Positions 48,550 through 61,256 are shown, numbered from the stretch's first letter. The stretch: 64,000 nucleotides of DNA from Amoebophrya sp. A120 (GCA_905178155.1 CAJINV010000004.1:10461655-10525654), one strand, 5' to 3'. Program-made: numbers and translations. Notes: generated by a model from the sequence alone, not told the origin.

Positions 48550-51500
48550 TCACCGTCGCAGCGCGGCGGGGAACTTGTTTGCCGGGGTATCAAAATGAAA
48601 AATCCCCCCACCCCATATCAAAACGGAAATTTATGATGCTGATTTGGGGCCACAAATCAGCTTTGTATTGCAGAGAGGCACTGCGGCCAGATCCCCAGGC
48701 TAGGTAGAGGCGCATGTGTCTAGCTGCTCAGCATGGCAAACGACTCCCCCATAGGCCCAACAGCATGACAAATCGCTTCCATAATGGGGCAGAAGCTTCT
48801 GCCCTTGTCTTCTTGCAAGACAGATGTGATTTGTGACCTCAAATCCGCAACACAAATTTTTGAAAACATACCTTTTCAATATGGGGAGGAGGGATTTTTT
48901 CTCTCAATACGGGGCAATCGGCCCCCCGGTGTAGATCTCGTCGATGCTGTCCATGGTTTCGTGCTGGCCCTCGAGCGGGAGGTTGTCCCGCAACCTTTCC
49001 ACCCGGAACCCTTCGCGCTCGTAGCTTTGTATGCATTGCAAATATGTCTGGGTCTGGAAGGATACGAACTTGTGATGCGCATTTCACAACATAGATAAAT
49101 CTGTCATGCTTAGGCAGCAAAAGGCGCCCGCTTCCTGTCACCAAAATGGGGGATTTGTGATGCGGATTAAGCAATGCGGAAGCTTCTCGAAATCTGTGAT
49201 GCTAGGGCTTCCATGACAGACATTTTCTGTCATGCAAAAACAGCATGACAAAAGTCTGCATTCTTCCAGACCCAGACACTTTTGCAATTGATACTTTGCA
49301 CCAGTTGGCTGTTGGACATCGACGCAGGGGCCTTCACCTGCGGCGGAAGCTGGTTCATATCTTTTCTCCGGCTCAACCGCTGACTGCTGCCCTCCTCCTT
49401 CTGCTTCCTCTGGAGATAGGGCGTGGACCCCGATTGTTGGCTACTGTGCATCGATCCCCGGTTCTGGCTGCTGTGGCCCTGGTTTATTTTGTTGTCAGCC
49501 AGAAAGATTGATGAATAGCGGAACAGAATGCGAATTCACGAAACAAAATCGAAATGCTTTTAGTGAATTTGCTTTACAGCAAATTCTAAACGCACAAGAT
49601 CTTTCTGTACCGGTCCACTCATCTGACTCAGCTGCAAGTTTTCGGTCGACAATGTGTAGAGACTCTTCTCTAGATCCGTGATTTTTCGCTCCGCCTGCGT
49701 TTTTTCGAGTCGAAGCCGGTTCATCTCCAGGATCAGTTCGGAGTTATCGTTCGTGAACCTTGCCGTGTCCCGCTTCCTTTGTGACTGTTCGAACTTCGTG
49801 GAGTCCGCCATGGCTTTTGCTTTGCTCATCAGGTGATCCCGCTGTCGCATCGCTTCGTCCGTGATGGCGGGGAGGCCGGTCCGCTTCTCTTCCTCCGCGA
49901 GTTCCTGGTTTACGATTAGTGGGGTTTTAGCATGCCAAATTTCTTCTGCGATCCGCAGACAGCAACAGAAATTCTTGAAAATGATAATGACGCATGTTGT
50001 GCATGATCGCGTCTTGAACATCAGTAGTACCTGATTCGACCGGTAGATGTTCACCTTGCCCTCGTACCTCGCTACCACGTCCTTCATCTGCGAAATGAGT
50101 CGCGTCGGGTCCTTATTTGCCGTCTGCCCTTCGTCGCCGACCGCATGGATGTCGAGGCAGTCGGTGATCTCGGAGACGAAGTTTTTGAAGTCTTTTTTCG
50201 TGGCCTTGAGGTTCCGGGCGAGCACGTTCCCTTCGCCCACGAGGTTCTGGATCTTGTAGTGCTTTTCGGCGTTGCGGGTCTCCAGGGTTTGCTTTTTTCG
50301 CAAGTCTTGGACCATTTCTTGGTACATGCCTGGGGTTTGTTAGTTTATTTTGCATGACAATTATGGGTGAGTCTGTATGTCTCTACTTTTGCTGTCTATG
50401 CATTCTTTGATCGTCGAAACAGTATTCTTCTATTCGCTCATGACACGACAATGCTTTACGCATGAGCAGATATTTCACGTATCTATAGACACAACAACAT
50501 GGAACATAATCTGTACCTTGCACCGAGTCCTTCAGCTCGGTCACTTGTTCCTCCAGCGGATCTCTTTCCTTCTCCAGCGTCTGCACCTTGTGAAAGAGCA
50601 CGTACCGAAAGGATTCCAAGTGCTTTTGGTTCGACCGCAGCTTCTGCAGGGCTTCGTCCTTCACTTTTATCACCTTTTCCCTGTCCTTCAGCTGGTCCTG
50701 CGCTTTCCGGAACATGTCCAACACTTCCTCCAGTTTCCTCTTCAAATCGTCCTGCTGTCGACTCGACCTCGCGAGGTCTTCCTGCTGCCCGCGGATTTGC
50801 GTCTGCAGTGCGCCAATCTGGTTCTTCATCGACACCGTGTCACGCAACGCTCCGTTGTACCGCTCGGATTCTGCTTGGAGGGCGGACCGCTTTAAATCCT
50901 GGACTTCAGTGATCTCGGCCTGGGAAATTCATAATATTTCATGCCACTTTTCACGTGCTTTTTGTTGCGGATGCGAAATAAGTTTGTTCTAAAGACCAGC
51001 ACGACAAAAAAATGAATCCAATACGTGGAAGACATAACATACTTGCTCACGGGCCAAGAAATAATTACCTCATATTCCTCCTCCTGCTGTTTCATGGCTT
51101 CTTCAAACTTCAAGCCATCCGTTTTCAGCATCGAACAGACCTTGTCGTACTCTGACCGCGGTTATGCAAGAAAAAAACTGTGTTAGTGTCAGTGTCTTGG
51201 GGTGACAGCATGACAAATCTGTAGTTCCGCATGACAGAGAAAGCCTGTCATGCGCAGCCAGTACGTGAAAACACATATGCAAGAGGACTTCATGGCTGGC
51301 TAGCATGACAAGTGTAGCTGTCTTGAATGCTTTGCATCACAGACTTACGCTTACACAGTGTTTTTCTTGCATAGCAGTTCCCTCATGGCCGCCTCACTAT
51401 GCTTCTTCAGCGCGTCTATCTGCGCTTCGTACGACTCTTCCAGCTATCAAATGCAAAAATGTCTGGGTCTGGAAGATTGCGAAATTTGTCATGCTTGTCT

Positions 51501-54500
51501 GGCATGACCAAAAAGTTTGTGATGCGTGTCCAAGAAGAGACCCTTTTGCCTGTCATGCAGAAACGCAGTTTGTTATGCGAAAATCGCAACACAAAGCAGC
51601 GCAGATATATTTCATGCTTGCCTGTACATTACAGAGCGTTCACTATTCCCAACGCAGCATTACAAGCTTCCAGACGCAGACATTTTTACAATCCATACCA
51701 GCGCGAGGATGTCGGCCCGGTTTTTTTCCCGCATCGCCTGGATTTCCGCAACGAGTATGGATCTGTCAGGATTGAAATCGTCAAAGTTGAAATGAAACGA
51801 TTTGTCATGCATAAAATGCAAGGCATGGATTGCCTCTCTTGCCGGGATGGCAAGTGGGGCCGACCGTAAGCCTGTTTGGGGTCTGCGGTAGAGCTAAACC
51901 CTAAACCCTAAAGGAGCATGACAAAAAACGCCTTCTGTCCCGAAACAGCATGACAAGCTGGATTTAAACGGTGCCGAAATTTGTCATGCGCCACTTAGAA
52001 ATTGGGCTTCCAACTGGTATCGATTTTATGCATTACAAGTTATCTCAACTTTGTCGATTTCAACTCTGACACTCCCATAACGAGCCTGTTCTGCTTCTCG
52101 TACTCCTTCGTGAGCCTCCCTTCGTGCTCTTTTTCGTTGTTCCTCATCGTGGTGTCGTACTCCTGCGACTTCATTGCGGTGGTTTCGTTGTGGATTTTCT
52201 GGGATTGCGCTAGGTTCATGGAGAGGATTTCGTACCTGATACAAAGTTTCAACATCAGAAGACTGCATTTGATTTTATGCAACCACATAGTAGTGGCGAT
52301 CGAAAGGATAAAGAACATTTTGTCAAGTAAGAATTTGATAATTGTTTGACAAAAAATACCTATCCGCTTCCTCCTGCAATTTCGCCGCCTGGTCGTCCTG
52401 TAGTTTCTGCACGGTTTCCTCCACCTCCTGCTCTTTCTGCGCGAGGGTGTACGCCGCGTCGTTCTTCACGTTTTCTATTCTCTCCCGCAGTTCCTGCACT
52501 TCGGACAACCCGTCTTCCAGGAACTGCCGGCTGCAGAGGACAAAATCCTCGGACAAGGAGCTGTAGGCTATCCTGGACGGGAACTGGATCTTCCGCTGGG
52601 TTTCGAAGTACTTCATTTTCTGGATCTTCAACCGGTTTTCGTCGCTGTAGATCCGGTGGTAGCAGTTCGCGAACGTGTTCATCAGACCCTTCCATATCCT
52701 ATGTAAAAACGTCCCCCCCCAGAGTTGTCATGCTAAACAGAAGTGCGGCACACTTTGCCTCCCCCTTTGCAAACAGCCGCAGATGGTTGTCACGCAGGGA
52801 AGGTAGGTCAGGCGGACACCGAAGTGCCATCACCACACCGAAGTGCCACTCCCCAGAGTTGTCATGCAGATGCGCAATGAGAGGAACATTTGTATTGCGC
52901 AGCTCCATGAGAGGCATTTCCAGTGGTGTTTTGGCATTTGTAATGCTGTAAACAGGATAAGAAAGCGGCTTTCTCATGCGGCTGTCCTTGCTAGCCAGCA
53001 CTACGCTGCAGATGGAGACTTGTCATGCAGAACTCCCAAAACTCGGGGATTTGTGTTGCAGACTTCCCATCTTGACTATGGTGTGGGGATGTTTTTGCAT
53101 AGGATATTCCAGTGCTCTTCCTCGAGCTGCTCCGGTGACCTAGTGTCTTCCTCTTCCTCGGGGACCACGCGGCGCCGCCTGTGGGATTCATATGGTGGCT
53201 TGATATCGGGCACTGCTTAGACTTCCCTTAAGTCGTGCGCAGCACTCAAGGGAAGCGCACTGCGTAAGCCCTGCGCGAAAGACTTACCTTAAGTCGTGCG
53301 CTGCACTTAGGCAAAGTGCACTACTTATGCCCCTCGCGAACGACGTATCTCAAGTCGTGCGCAGCACTTAGGCAAAGTGCACTACTTAAACCCCTCGCGA
53401 TCGACGTATCTTAAGTCGTGCGCTGCACTTAGGCAAAGTGCACTACTTATGCCCCTCGCGACCGACGTATCTTAAGTCTGCGCACCACTTAAGGAAAGTG
53501 CACTACTTAAGCCCTTCGCGAACGACTTAGCCCAAATCGTGCGCACCACTTAGGCAAAGTGCACTACTTAAACCCCTCGCAAACGATTTAGCTCAAATCG
53601 TGCGCACCACTTAGGAAAAGTGCACTACTTAAGCCCTTCGTGAACGACTTACGTTAAGTCGTGCACACTACTTAAGGAAAGTGCACTGCTTAGGCCTTAC
53701 CTTAAGTCCTGCGCAGCACTTAAGGAAAGTGCACCGCTTACGCATTACATAGGGGAAACGCACTGCTTAAGCCGTTCGCGAAGGACTTAGCTCAAATCTG
53801 CGCACTACCTAAGGAAAGTGCACTACTTACGCCCTTCGCGAACGACTTACGTTAAGTCGTGCGCAGCACTTAAGGAAAGTACACCGCTTAAGCCCTTCGC
53901 GAACGACTTACCTTAAGTCGTGCGCACTACTTAAGGAAAGTGCACTGCTTAAGCCCTTCGCGAAGGACTTACCTTAAGTCCTGCGCAGCACTTAAGGGAA
54001 ACGCACTGCCTAAGCATTACTTAAGGGAAACGCACTGCTTAAGCTGTTCGTTAGCGATTTAGCGCGCACTTCACGAAACCGGAGCGCTTTTTGAGCTGTT
54101 CGCGACCGAGCGCGACACAACTCAAGGCACGAGCCGCACTCCTTCACGAACGACTTGGCTCTAATCAATACATCAATTGTGCGCCGCACTTAGCCATACG
54201 CGAATGGGGACCAAAAGTCGAAACAGACCAGGTTAATTGACATAAGTACTTTTTTTCCGCGACCTCCGGCTTAGGGTTGAGATTGCAGCAAAACACCGAC
54301 CCACTTTCGTCACCGGAAAAAATCTTGAGGTGATCCTGTGACAACGCCAGGCTCACTACTGGGGACGTGTGCAGAAGGACTTCGATGGAGTGAAACCTGA
54401 GTTGTTTTTCGATATTATCAAGCCGTGTCTTGATGTTCTTGCAAGACAACCTGAAGATATACACGCACTCATTCTGTCAGCACCACTTGACACATGAAAT

Positions 54501-57500
54501 CCTACCTTTCATGCCCAGCCGGCACGGGAAGATAATTCGACCCGGTGCCGCTGCTTCCGCCGCCGGCTTCCGCTTCCACTTCCTTCAATGGCCAGTCAAA
54601 AATCCGTATGCTGCCGAAAATCGTGCCCGCGGCGAGGAAGTGCCGGGTCGGGGCGAGTGCTAGACAGTTGAAGAAGCACTCTTTCAACTCTAGTTCCACG
54701 GTGCCGGTCTGCTTCTTTATCAGCCGGAAATCCCCCTCCCGGCTGACGGCAATCACCGTTTCCGATGCGCCATCGTAACAGAAGGAAACGTAGACCGAGC
54801 CCTTGGACACGTGCTCGATCACGCGATTGCCGCCTGCGATCTGGATATCATATGTTTTTAATTTTATTTAATGCCGAGTTCGAACTTGTCATGCGTTCTT
54901 GCCTCAAAATGCTAGTACAAAACATCTGTTTACGCAAAACAAAACACTGTACCTCCCAGCCGTAGATGCAGCCGTCCCTGCCGCACGTCATCAGCAATCT
55001 GTCGTCTACCGAAAACAGAATTTGACTGATGACCGCTAGATGCCCGGTGTACTGCGCCAAAATCGTTGGGCAGCCCATGCTCGCGTTGTTTAAGTCTAGC
55101 AGCAAAACGAAATTTGTCGTGGTCACCGCCAAGTAGTCCCCCGTTGCGGAAAACGCACAGCAGGAGGGCTGTTTTAAAGGTAATTCCCAGGCTTGGTGGA
55201 TGGCGTCGTAGCAGGTGAAATAGTATTTGACCCGGTCGAGAAACACGACCGCGATGCCGAAGCCACTCGGATGCACGGCGACTGAGATTGGGATGTCGTA
55301 GTCGAATTGGGTGGTTTGCGACATGGAAAACGTGCCCGTTTCCATGATTTGGGGTTTACTTGTTGAACTTGAACTCCCCCCGGTTTGGAAGGTGGTCGCT
55401 GGGTAAGTCCACGATTTCAGCGACGTGTCGGAGCCGATGGAGTAGAGTGCTTTGGTGCCCTGGGAAGTAAGTTTTGTGATGAAGATGAACCATGAACTTG
55501 AACAACAATGATGCAAACATTAATTGATGCATTTCACGGGCCTTCGCCTTATCATGAACATCGTGCATGATGGCGCAGAACAATAAAACATCAACTCCTA
55601 CCTTCGGTGCCGCCGCTAAGCTAACGACCGAGTCTCCGTGGAACTCGAACAAAGGTGATGCCGCTTTCAGCTGGCCGCCGAGAATCATCTCGCGCTTGTG
55701 AATTGGAAACTCGAACAAGCGAAGAAAGTCCTCTTTTGGTGGCGGTACCCTGCCGAGTGGTATCGTGTCCTGCCCGGCGTTGGGGTCCTCTCTAGAGGTG
55801 GCAGTGAGAACCAAAACGGACGGAATTCTGAACTGCGAATCGTGGATCCTTGGGCGGTTGCGGTACTTTTTGGGGATGACATCTTCCTTGAAGTCAGAGA
55901 GCCACCTGGATTATATGTTGTTGCAGAGTTAAACTTCAAATCTCAGGATACGAAACAGGAAAGACAAATTTCAACTGTCATGCCCCACACACACAGACAC
56001 AGTGTAACTCTAACTAACTATCTGGATAATGAATACAGAAAAACCAACAATCATTATCATACTTGATCTGCTCCGCGCCGTAGTTATCGTTCACCCAGAA
56101 CGGGCCCAGCGTCTCCACTTTCTCGCCCTTGTTGAACTTCAGCAATCCGAGGTACCCGTATCCACAGTAAATTTCCTGTACACGTACAAATGCGTCCTCT
56201 GCATGGCAAAACTTGGCCTCGGTCCTAGTTTAGCATGACAAGTTTCACACTTCAAATTGGGGAAATTTGTGATGCATCTTGTACATGTACGGGAAATTTG
56301 TATTGCATAACCCGTGTGTCCCACCTAGCAAAAACCCGTTCGCGTTGCCCCACCTCGCGACGTATGGATTGCAAATGTGTTTGGGTCTGGAAGATTGCAA
56401 CTTGTCATGCTAGATCCGAATCATACAAAAACTTGTGTTGCATGAGTGCCAAAAGCGGTCCACTTTCGACCAAGTTGGGAGGGAGTTTCTCATGTAGGAT
56501 AGGCATGACAGAGACCTTGCAGAGTCTGTCATGCTATCCGCATTCCAGACTCTACGGGTCATGGAAAACCTGCATGACAAGTTTACACTCGTCCAGAAAC
56601 AGACATATTTGCACTTGATACGACGTATGTCAGCTCTATCTCCGACGGCTTCGGCGGTAACCTCCCGACCATCACGCCGCCCGCGGCCATCTCTACGTTC
56701 CCCCCGTCGTTGTCCCACTCTTCTTTCGTCACGTCAATCACTTTCCCGGCTTCCATAAGGGAAGTCTTCCCGGTCTTCTCCTTGATCTTAAACTTGAACC
56801 AGGTGCAGTCCTTGCAGAAAACCCAAATCATCAGAAAGTCCTCTTCCGGCGAAACAGTTTTCGTCGCGGTTGTCGCCGGGGCGTTGTTGCTACCGACGGG
56901 GTTTGCGACCATGGACTGCTGCTCCGGTTGGGCGTTAGCGCAGCCGGAAACGAACTCACTGTACATCATCAGGTGGACCGAGTTCACCATCTGATGTATA
57001 TTGGAATTTTTTACAGTTGTGATTCTGATTGTTCCCGGGTTGATTCTTGCAATTATAGTACGCCACCACAAAAATGAAACAGCACAAGAGTTCCAGAACA
57101 AATCAGTCTTGCAGTAAAAAGAAGTCTTATCACTGGTCCAAAATAAGTACCTTTAAGCTCTTCTCCTGCTTGAGCGAGAAAAAAGTGTCCAGCTCCTTCA
57201 TGGGCTCCATCTGCCAAATGCGCAAGTACGACGGCCCCGCAAGCAGAAATTGCGCTGGTGACATGATGTAGATTTGGTTCAGCAGCTGGTTCCGCACCTC
57301 CACCGACTGCAGGACCCGCTCGTGCGTCAAGGACCACAGGTCGAGGACGTAATCAAACGTCGTTTGGTGTTTCTTCGCGTTGGGGTTTGGGGTCCGATCG
57401 AGGTACAGGGCGAGTAATCTCGTCCCCTCGGAAAAGAATTTCAAGTTCTGGACCACGGAGGAGCGATTGACCGGCGTCAAAACCCTTGCTTGGTCCTTCG

Positions 57501-58323
57501 ACTTCTCGGTGGTCGCGCTTGCGGGCAGGATCGTGATCTGCGTCCCGAGGTCCAGACTGTTCGCGAGCGCGGGGTATCAAATGTAAAAGTGTCTGGGTCT
57601 GGAAGAATGCGCGATGGATTTGTCATGCAGCTTTTTCATGACCCATGAGGTCTGTAATGCAGGACCTAACATGACAGATTCTGCGCACTCTCTCTCATGC
57701 CTATCCTGCATGAGAAACTCCCTCCCGACTTGGCCAAAACTGGACGACTTTTGGTAATCATGCAACACAGATTTTTGTATGCTTCAGATTTAGCATCACA
57801 AGTTCCACTTTTCCAGACCCAGACATTTTTACATTTGATACGGGGGTGCCGCGGGCGGTCGAGTCCGTGTTGGGACGGTAGTTCTTCGCGAGGGCGGCAC
57901 CATTGTAGAAAACCTTTTAGAATTACTTGGTATATGAGTAAAATCGGGTCGAATACTGTCGTCCAGTGCATCTTCACAACAACTTTGCAGGAGCGAAGAT
58001 ATTGCCGTACTTACTCTGCAGTGAATCACGAACGGAATTTTCAAAAAAATCCACTAGAGTTATACCTTCTCTCCCACCGCCAGCAAATTTTTCGCCTTGT
58101 AGTGCGCCAACGCAGTGATTTGCAGGTGACTTGACGGGCGGTTTAAGAACACCGACTTCTTTTCCCCGGGCGAGTAGTGGATCAGCTGGGTGCCGCAACA
58201 GTAGATGAAGTCATGGTGGGCGTTTTCCAGATCCCCTTGGATAATGCCGTCGAAGTAGTACTGGATCCCAAACGCATGCTCCGGCTTGATGTTCGTCACG
58301 GTAAAGTCACCGGGTGCCGCCAT
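48550..58323 (-). CDS. CFAP57: Cilia- and flagella-associated protein 57 (WDR65): WD40 repeats plus coiled coil, many exons
   Basis: N-terminal HAFGI..IYCCGTQL..ITALA..LLAVGE; WD40 segments (ISVAVHPSGF, GHLAVISQILFSVDDRLLMTCGRDGCIYGW); C-terminal QKHLESFRYVLFHKVQTLEKERDP, EAMRQRDHL and DNSELILEMNRLR; spliced frame ends ..FPAALRR-stop at 48550. Confidence 0.85.
48588..48909. mobile_element. Introner-like element, family G (322 bp)
   Basis: tatcaaaatgaaaaatcccccc.. / ..gggatttttctctcaata; direct repeat cgggg; join PIAP|ANKF is in frame. Confidence 0.85.
49030..49293. mobile_element. Introner-like element, family A TIR, distinct interior (264 bp)
   Basis: Direct repeat ctttg; join LVQS|YERE. 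Confidence 0.9.
51163..51373. mobile_element. Introner-like element, family C-like (211 bp)
   Basis: tatgcaagaaaaaaactgtgt / acacagtgtttttcttgcata; direct repeat gcggt/gcagt (1 mismatch). Confidence 0.88.
51445..51697. mobile_element. Introner-like element, family A TIR (253 bp)
   Basis: Direct repeat ccagc; join ILAL|EESY. Confidence 0.9.
51756..52079. mobile_element. Introner-like element, family F (324 bp), containing CCCTAAA repeats
   Basis: ~35-bp TIR tatggatctgtcaggattgaaatcgtcaaagttga; direct repeat acgag; join NRLV|AEIQ. Confidence 0.88.
52695..53106. mobile_element. Introner-like element, family E (412 bp)
   Basis: tatcctatgtaaaaacgtcccc / ggggatgtttttgcataggata; direct repeat ttcca; join EEHW|KGLM. 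Confidence 0.9.
53210..54050. repeat. ~61-bp tandem satellite (~14 degenerate units) inside GT-AG intron 53179-54249
   Basis: Unit cttaagtcgtgcgcagcacttaaggaaagtgcactacttaagcccttcgcgaacgacttac. Confidence 0.92.
56159..56309. mobile_element. Introner-like element, family D (151 bp)
   Basis: TIR core aaatttcctgtacacgtacaa / ttgtacatgtacgggaaattt; direct repeat acccg. Confidence 0.87.
56363..56620. mobile_element. Introner-like element, family A, same orientation as 1238-1590 (258 bp)
   Basis: Direct repeat cgacg; interior homologous to 1238-1590. Confidence 0.9.
57575..57840. mobile_element. Introner-like element, family A, inverted orientation (266 bp)
   Basis: Direct repeat cgggg; join ARGTP|ALANS. 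Confidence 0.92.
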
Positions 58324-59168
58324 CTTGAGATAAGGAGTGTGATTCTTCTTGTAGAAGATTCCTTCTCCGTGGGTCCTGTTGCACTCCTCGCCCTAGTCGG
58401 TGGTCGGTTTCATAATGCCCTCGTGGCTTACATGATATCGGCTTGCTGGATTTTCATTCGTCCTCCCCTGGGCCAGCAACGCCATGGTTATGGAGGCGGA
58501 ATGTTGATGCTGGAGACGAATTTCGTTAAATTTCTCAAGCTGTGTGTACAATGCAGGGAAACAAGTGCATATGGAATTGCATCGACGCCGTCGGAAGAAA
58601 CCAATCCAGAATCGACAAACGACAAGTACGAATCTGACGACAGGCGAAGAAGTACTTAGACACCGCTCTGTTCTTGCGATAAACGAGCTGTAGTATATTA
58701 ATAATGTGCGAAAGATCGACCTCGATGGTTGTCTTCGAAAAAGTCATTTCTCGCTCGACGCGAATGGAGGTGCTCTCAACGATAGATGCTTGCGTACGAT
58801 AAATATGAGTCCAACTATACAATGCGAACAATGCAAGCATCGGCGGAACTACGCTTCGTCGGAGGTGGAATGCAAATGCATCAAGTGGGCATTATACTGA
58901 ATTTGTTTCGAAACTTTGTTTTCTACGAAGTTCGAATCCCAACACTTGGTAAAAGCCATCGCGTTCATCGAGCCGTCAACTCGACAAAATAAAGAAGTTT
59001 GAAAAAATACAGTGGTACGGTTCTCCCACTTTGACTTTGAAAGCGGCGAAAACCAACACAATCGTAGCTTGTTCGACTGGTATAAGTAGCAAAATTCGAC
59101 TACTTACTCTGTGAAAAAGCTGCTGAAATAAAATCGCAAAAATGTTGTTTAACCTTCGTGTGGAAGTT

Positions 59169-61256
59169 TTAGCAGCTGAACTCCTCCACCAAAGGGTGGC
59201 TGATCCTCGCAGCCTGCACCGACCCTCGTTCCGACCCTCGTTCTGGCGGTAGAGTCGCGATTATCAAATGCAAAAATGTCTGGGTCTGGAGACTTGTGAT
59301 GCTGGGTGGCATAATATCATGAGGAGGCCACAAGTGCTGGCTCAGCATGACAAGTTTCTAAGCTTCTAGGTGATGCCTATTCTGCATGACAGACTGCGTT
59401 TCTGCATGACAGAAAAATTGTGCTCTTGGGTAACGTGCATGACAGATTTGAGAGTCATGCCAGACAAGCATGACAAAAATGCACTCTTCCAGACCCAGAC
59501 ATTCTTACATTTGATAGCGATCGACATGCGCTCATCCTGGTCATTGTCGGAGTTGCAGAGGTCGTTTTCATCGTTTTCGTCATCTTCCGCCCGTATCCTG
59601 TGCAAAAGTATCGCATTCGTATAAATGCAAGTCTTGCATTACAAATTTTTGTCTTAAGGCAAATCCGCATTACAAATTTTGTTTCTCATGCTGAGGAAAT
59701 TTGTAATGCATTTGTACGAGTACGATACTTTTGCAATTCATAGCCCGGCTGGCATTGCAATCTTTCAAGGCAATGTTCTCCACGGTCTCCTCGCGTTCAT
59801 CGTCCTCCTTTTCCGTGGTCGCCGATTTGCTGTCGTCCGGCTGCAAATCCTCGTCCTCCACCGTGAGTCGGGGCTCCCGGGAAAAAGACGGACGGTTCGG
59901 GTCCATCGTGATAGAAGAAGAAACCGGAAGATTATCTCCTCCTCGCGTTACCATCGGCACAATGCTGCTGGTCCGGGAGTTGTTTTTGTTCATGGTAGAG
60001 CTCCCTGATCTACGGATCGTCGGCTCCTGCCCGTTTCCCGTTGCAACCAGGGGGTTCCGCGCGATCACGGACGTGTTCAAAACGAGTGTCTTGCCGGTAG
60101 ACAGCATCACCGCATTTTTACAACCACTTGATGCCGGTTTGTTGTCAACATTTGACCCCGGCGTGATAATTCCAGCCTTCGCTACGTCAGTTTCGGTAGT
60201 CCCCGTTAAACCCACCATCTCCGCCGCGCTTGGCGCGAGGGTGACTTCTTCCTTCTTTGTCGGGTTTTTGATATTTGTGTTTGATGCGAAATTGGGATTG
60301 TTATTTTCCCTCCTTACCATCACTGGGTTCGCCGCCAAACTTGCACTGGGCTTGATGTAGTGCGGCTTCTGCTTCGGAACCGACGCCACGCGGATTGACG
60401 GTCCCGGCGTGCGAATGCCCATGACAGGGGAAAGCGAGCGGAGAATCGGATTCGCGACAAATCTCGTCGGTCCGGGCGTGCGGCCGCCGGGACCACCGGG
60501 GTTGTTGTGGTTTCGGGTGGACCAGTAGTGTTTATTCGCACCTGCCCCGTTGTTGTGAACAAAATTGGTCGCTGTACTCCCGGTTGTTGTACTATTCGTC
60601 GTGTCCACAAAACCCAGAGCGGCGAATTTATTCGTGGTAGACGCGTTTGTCGGCGGCGGGGGGATCACCGTGACGTTCGCAACCTGTGCGGGTTCCTTTG
60701 AGAAAGTGGTGCTGGTGCTATTGTTCAATTTGATCGCGATCGGCTTGCAACTAGAAGTTGTACCAGTTTGGTGCTCCGGAAGCCCATGTTGTTGCATCAC
60801 AGCTGCAGGATTGTTGTTCGCAGGCTGAATATTAACTTTCGTGGCGGCGATACTGGGCGTCCCGCCGGCAGAAGAGGAGAGCAAAGTCGTGTTGGTGCTG
60901 GTCGTGGTTGTGGGGGAAGGGGTCAACCCACTTGTTTGCTGGTGATGGTCTCTCGCGAGCCAGCAGGGCTGCGTCGTCGCGGTACTAGTTTTCACATCGA
61001 TTTTCAAGGGACCGGCCGCGCGACGGGGGAAGAAGGACGGGGTTTGGGCTCTGTCCCGAGCTGCGGATTCGTGTTGCAACTGGCGGATCTCCGATCGGAT
61101 TTTGTCCAGCACTTCTTTCGTGACCGTTTCTTTCATGGACCGCATCTCTTCCTTGAGGCTTTGCACCTCCGCGCGCAAAAGCGCCACCTCCGTGTCTGCG
61201 GAAGTAACGTCAGCGCTCGGCGGGTCCATCGTCGCGACGGAGCAGGAGGTTGCCAT
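59169..61256 (-). CDS. Hypothetical S/T/N-rich protein with an N-terminal coiled coil, 3 exons
   Basis: Joins NASR|AEDD and RMSI|ATLPP are in frame to the TAA at 59169. Confidence 0.75.
59262..59516. mobile_element. Introner-like element, family A, interior type 2 (255 bp)
   Basis: Direct repeat gcgat; sister of 16556-16807. Confidence 0.92.
59594..59742. mobile_element. Introner-like element, family B (149 bp)
   Basis: Direct repeat gcccg; TIR core tgcaaaagtatcg. Confidence 0.9.

Noticed and set aside
53210-54050. CRISPR array
   Set aside because: Units are contiguous with no unique spacers, there are no cas genes, and the context is a eukaryotic intron
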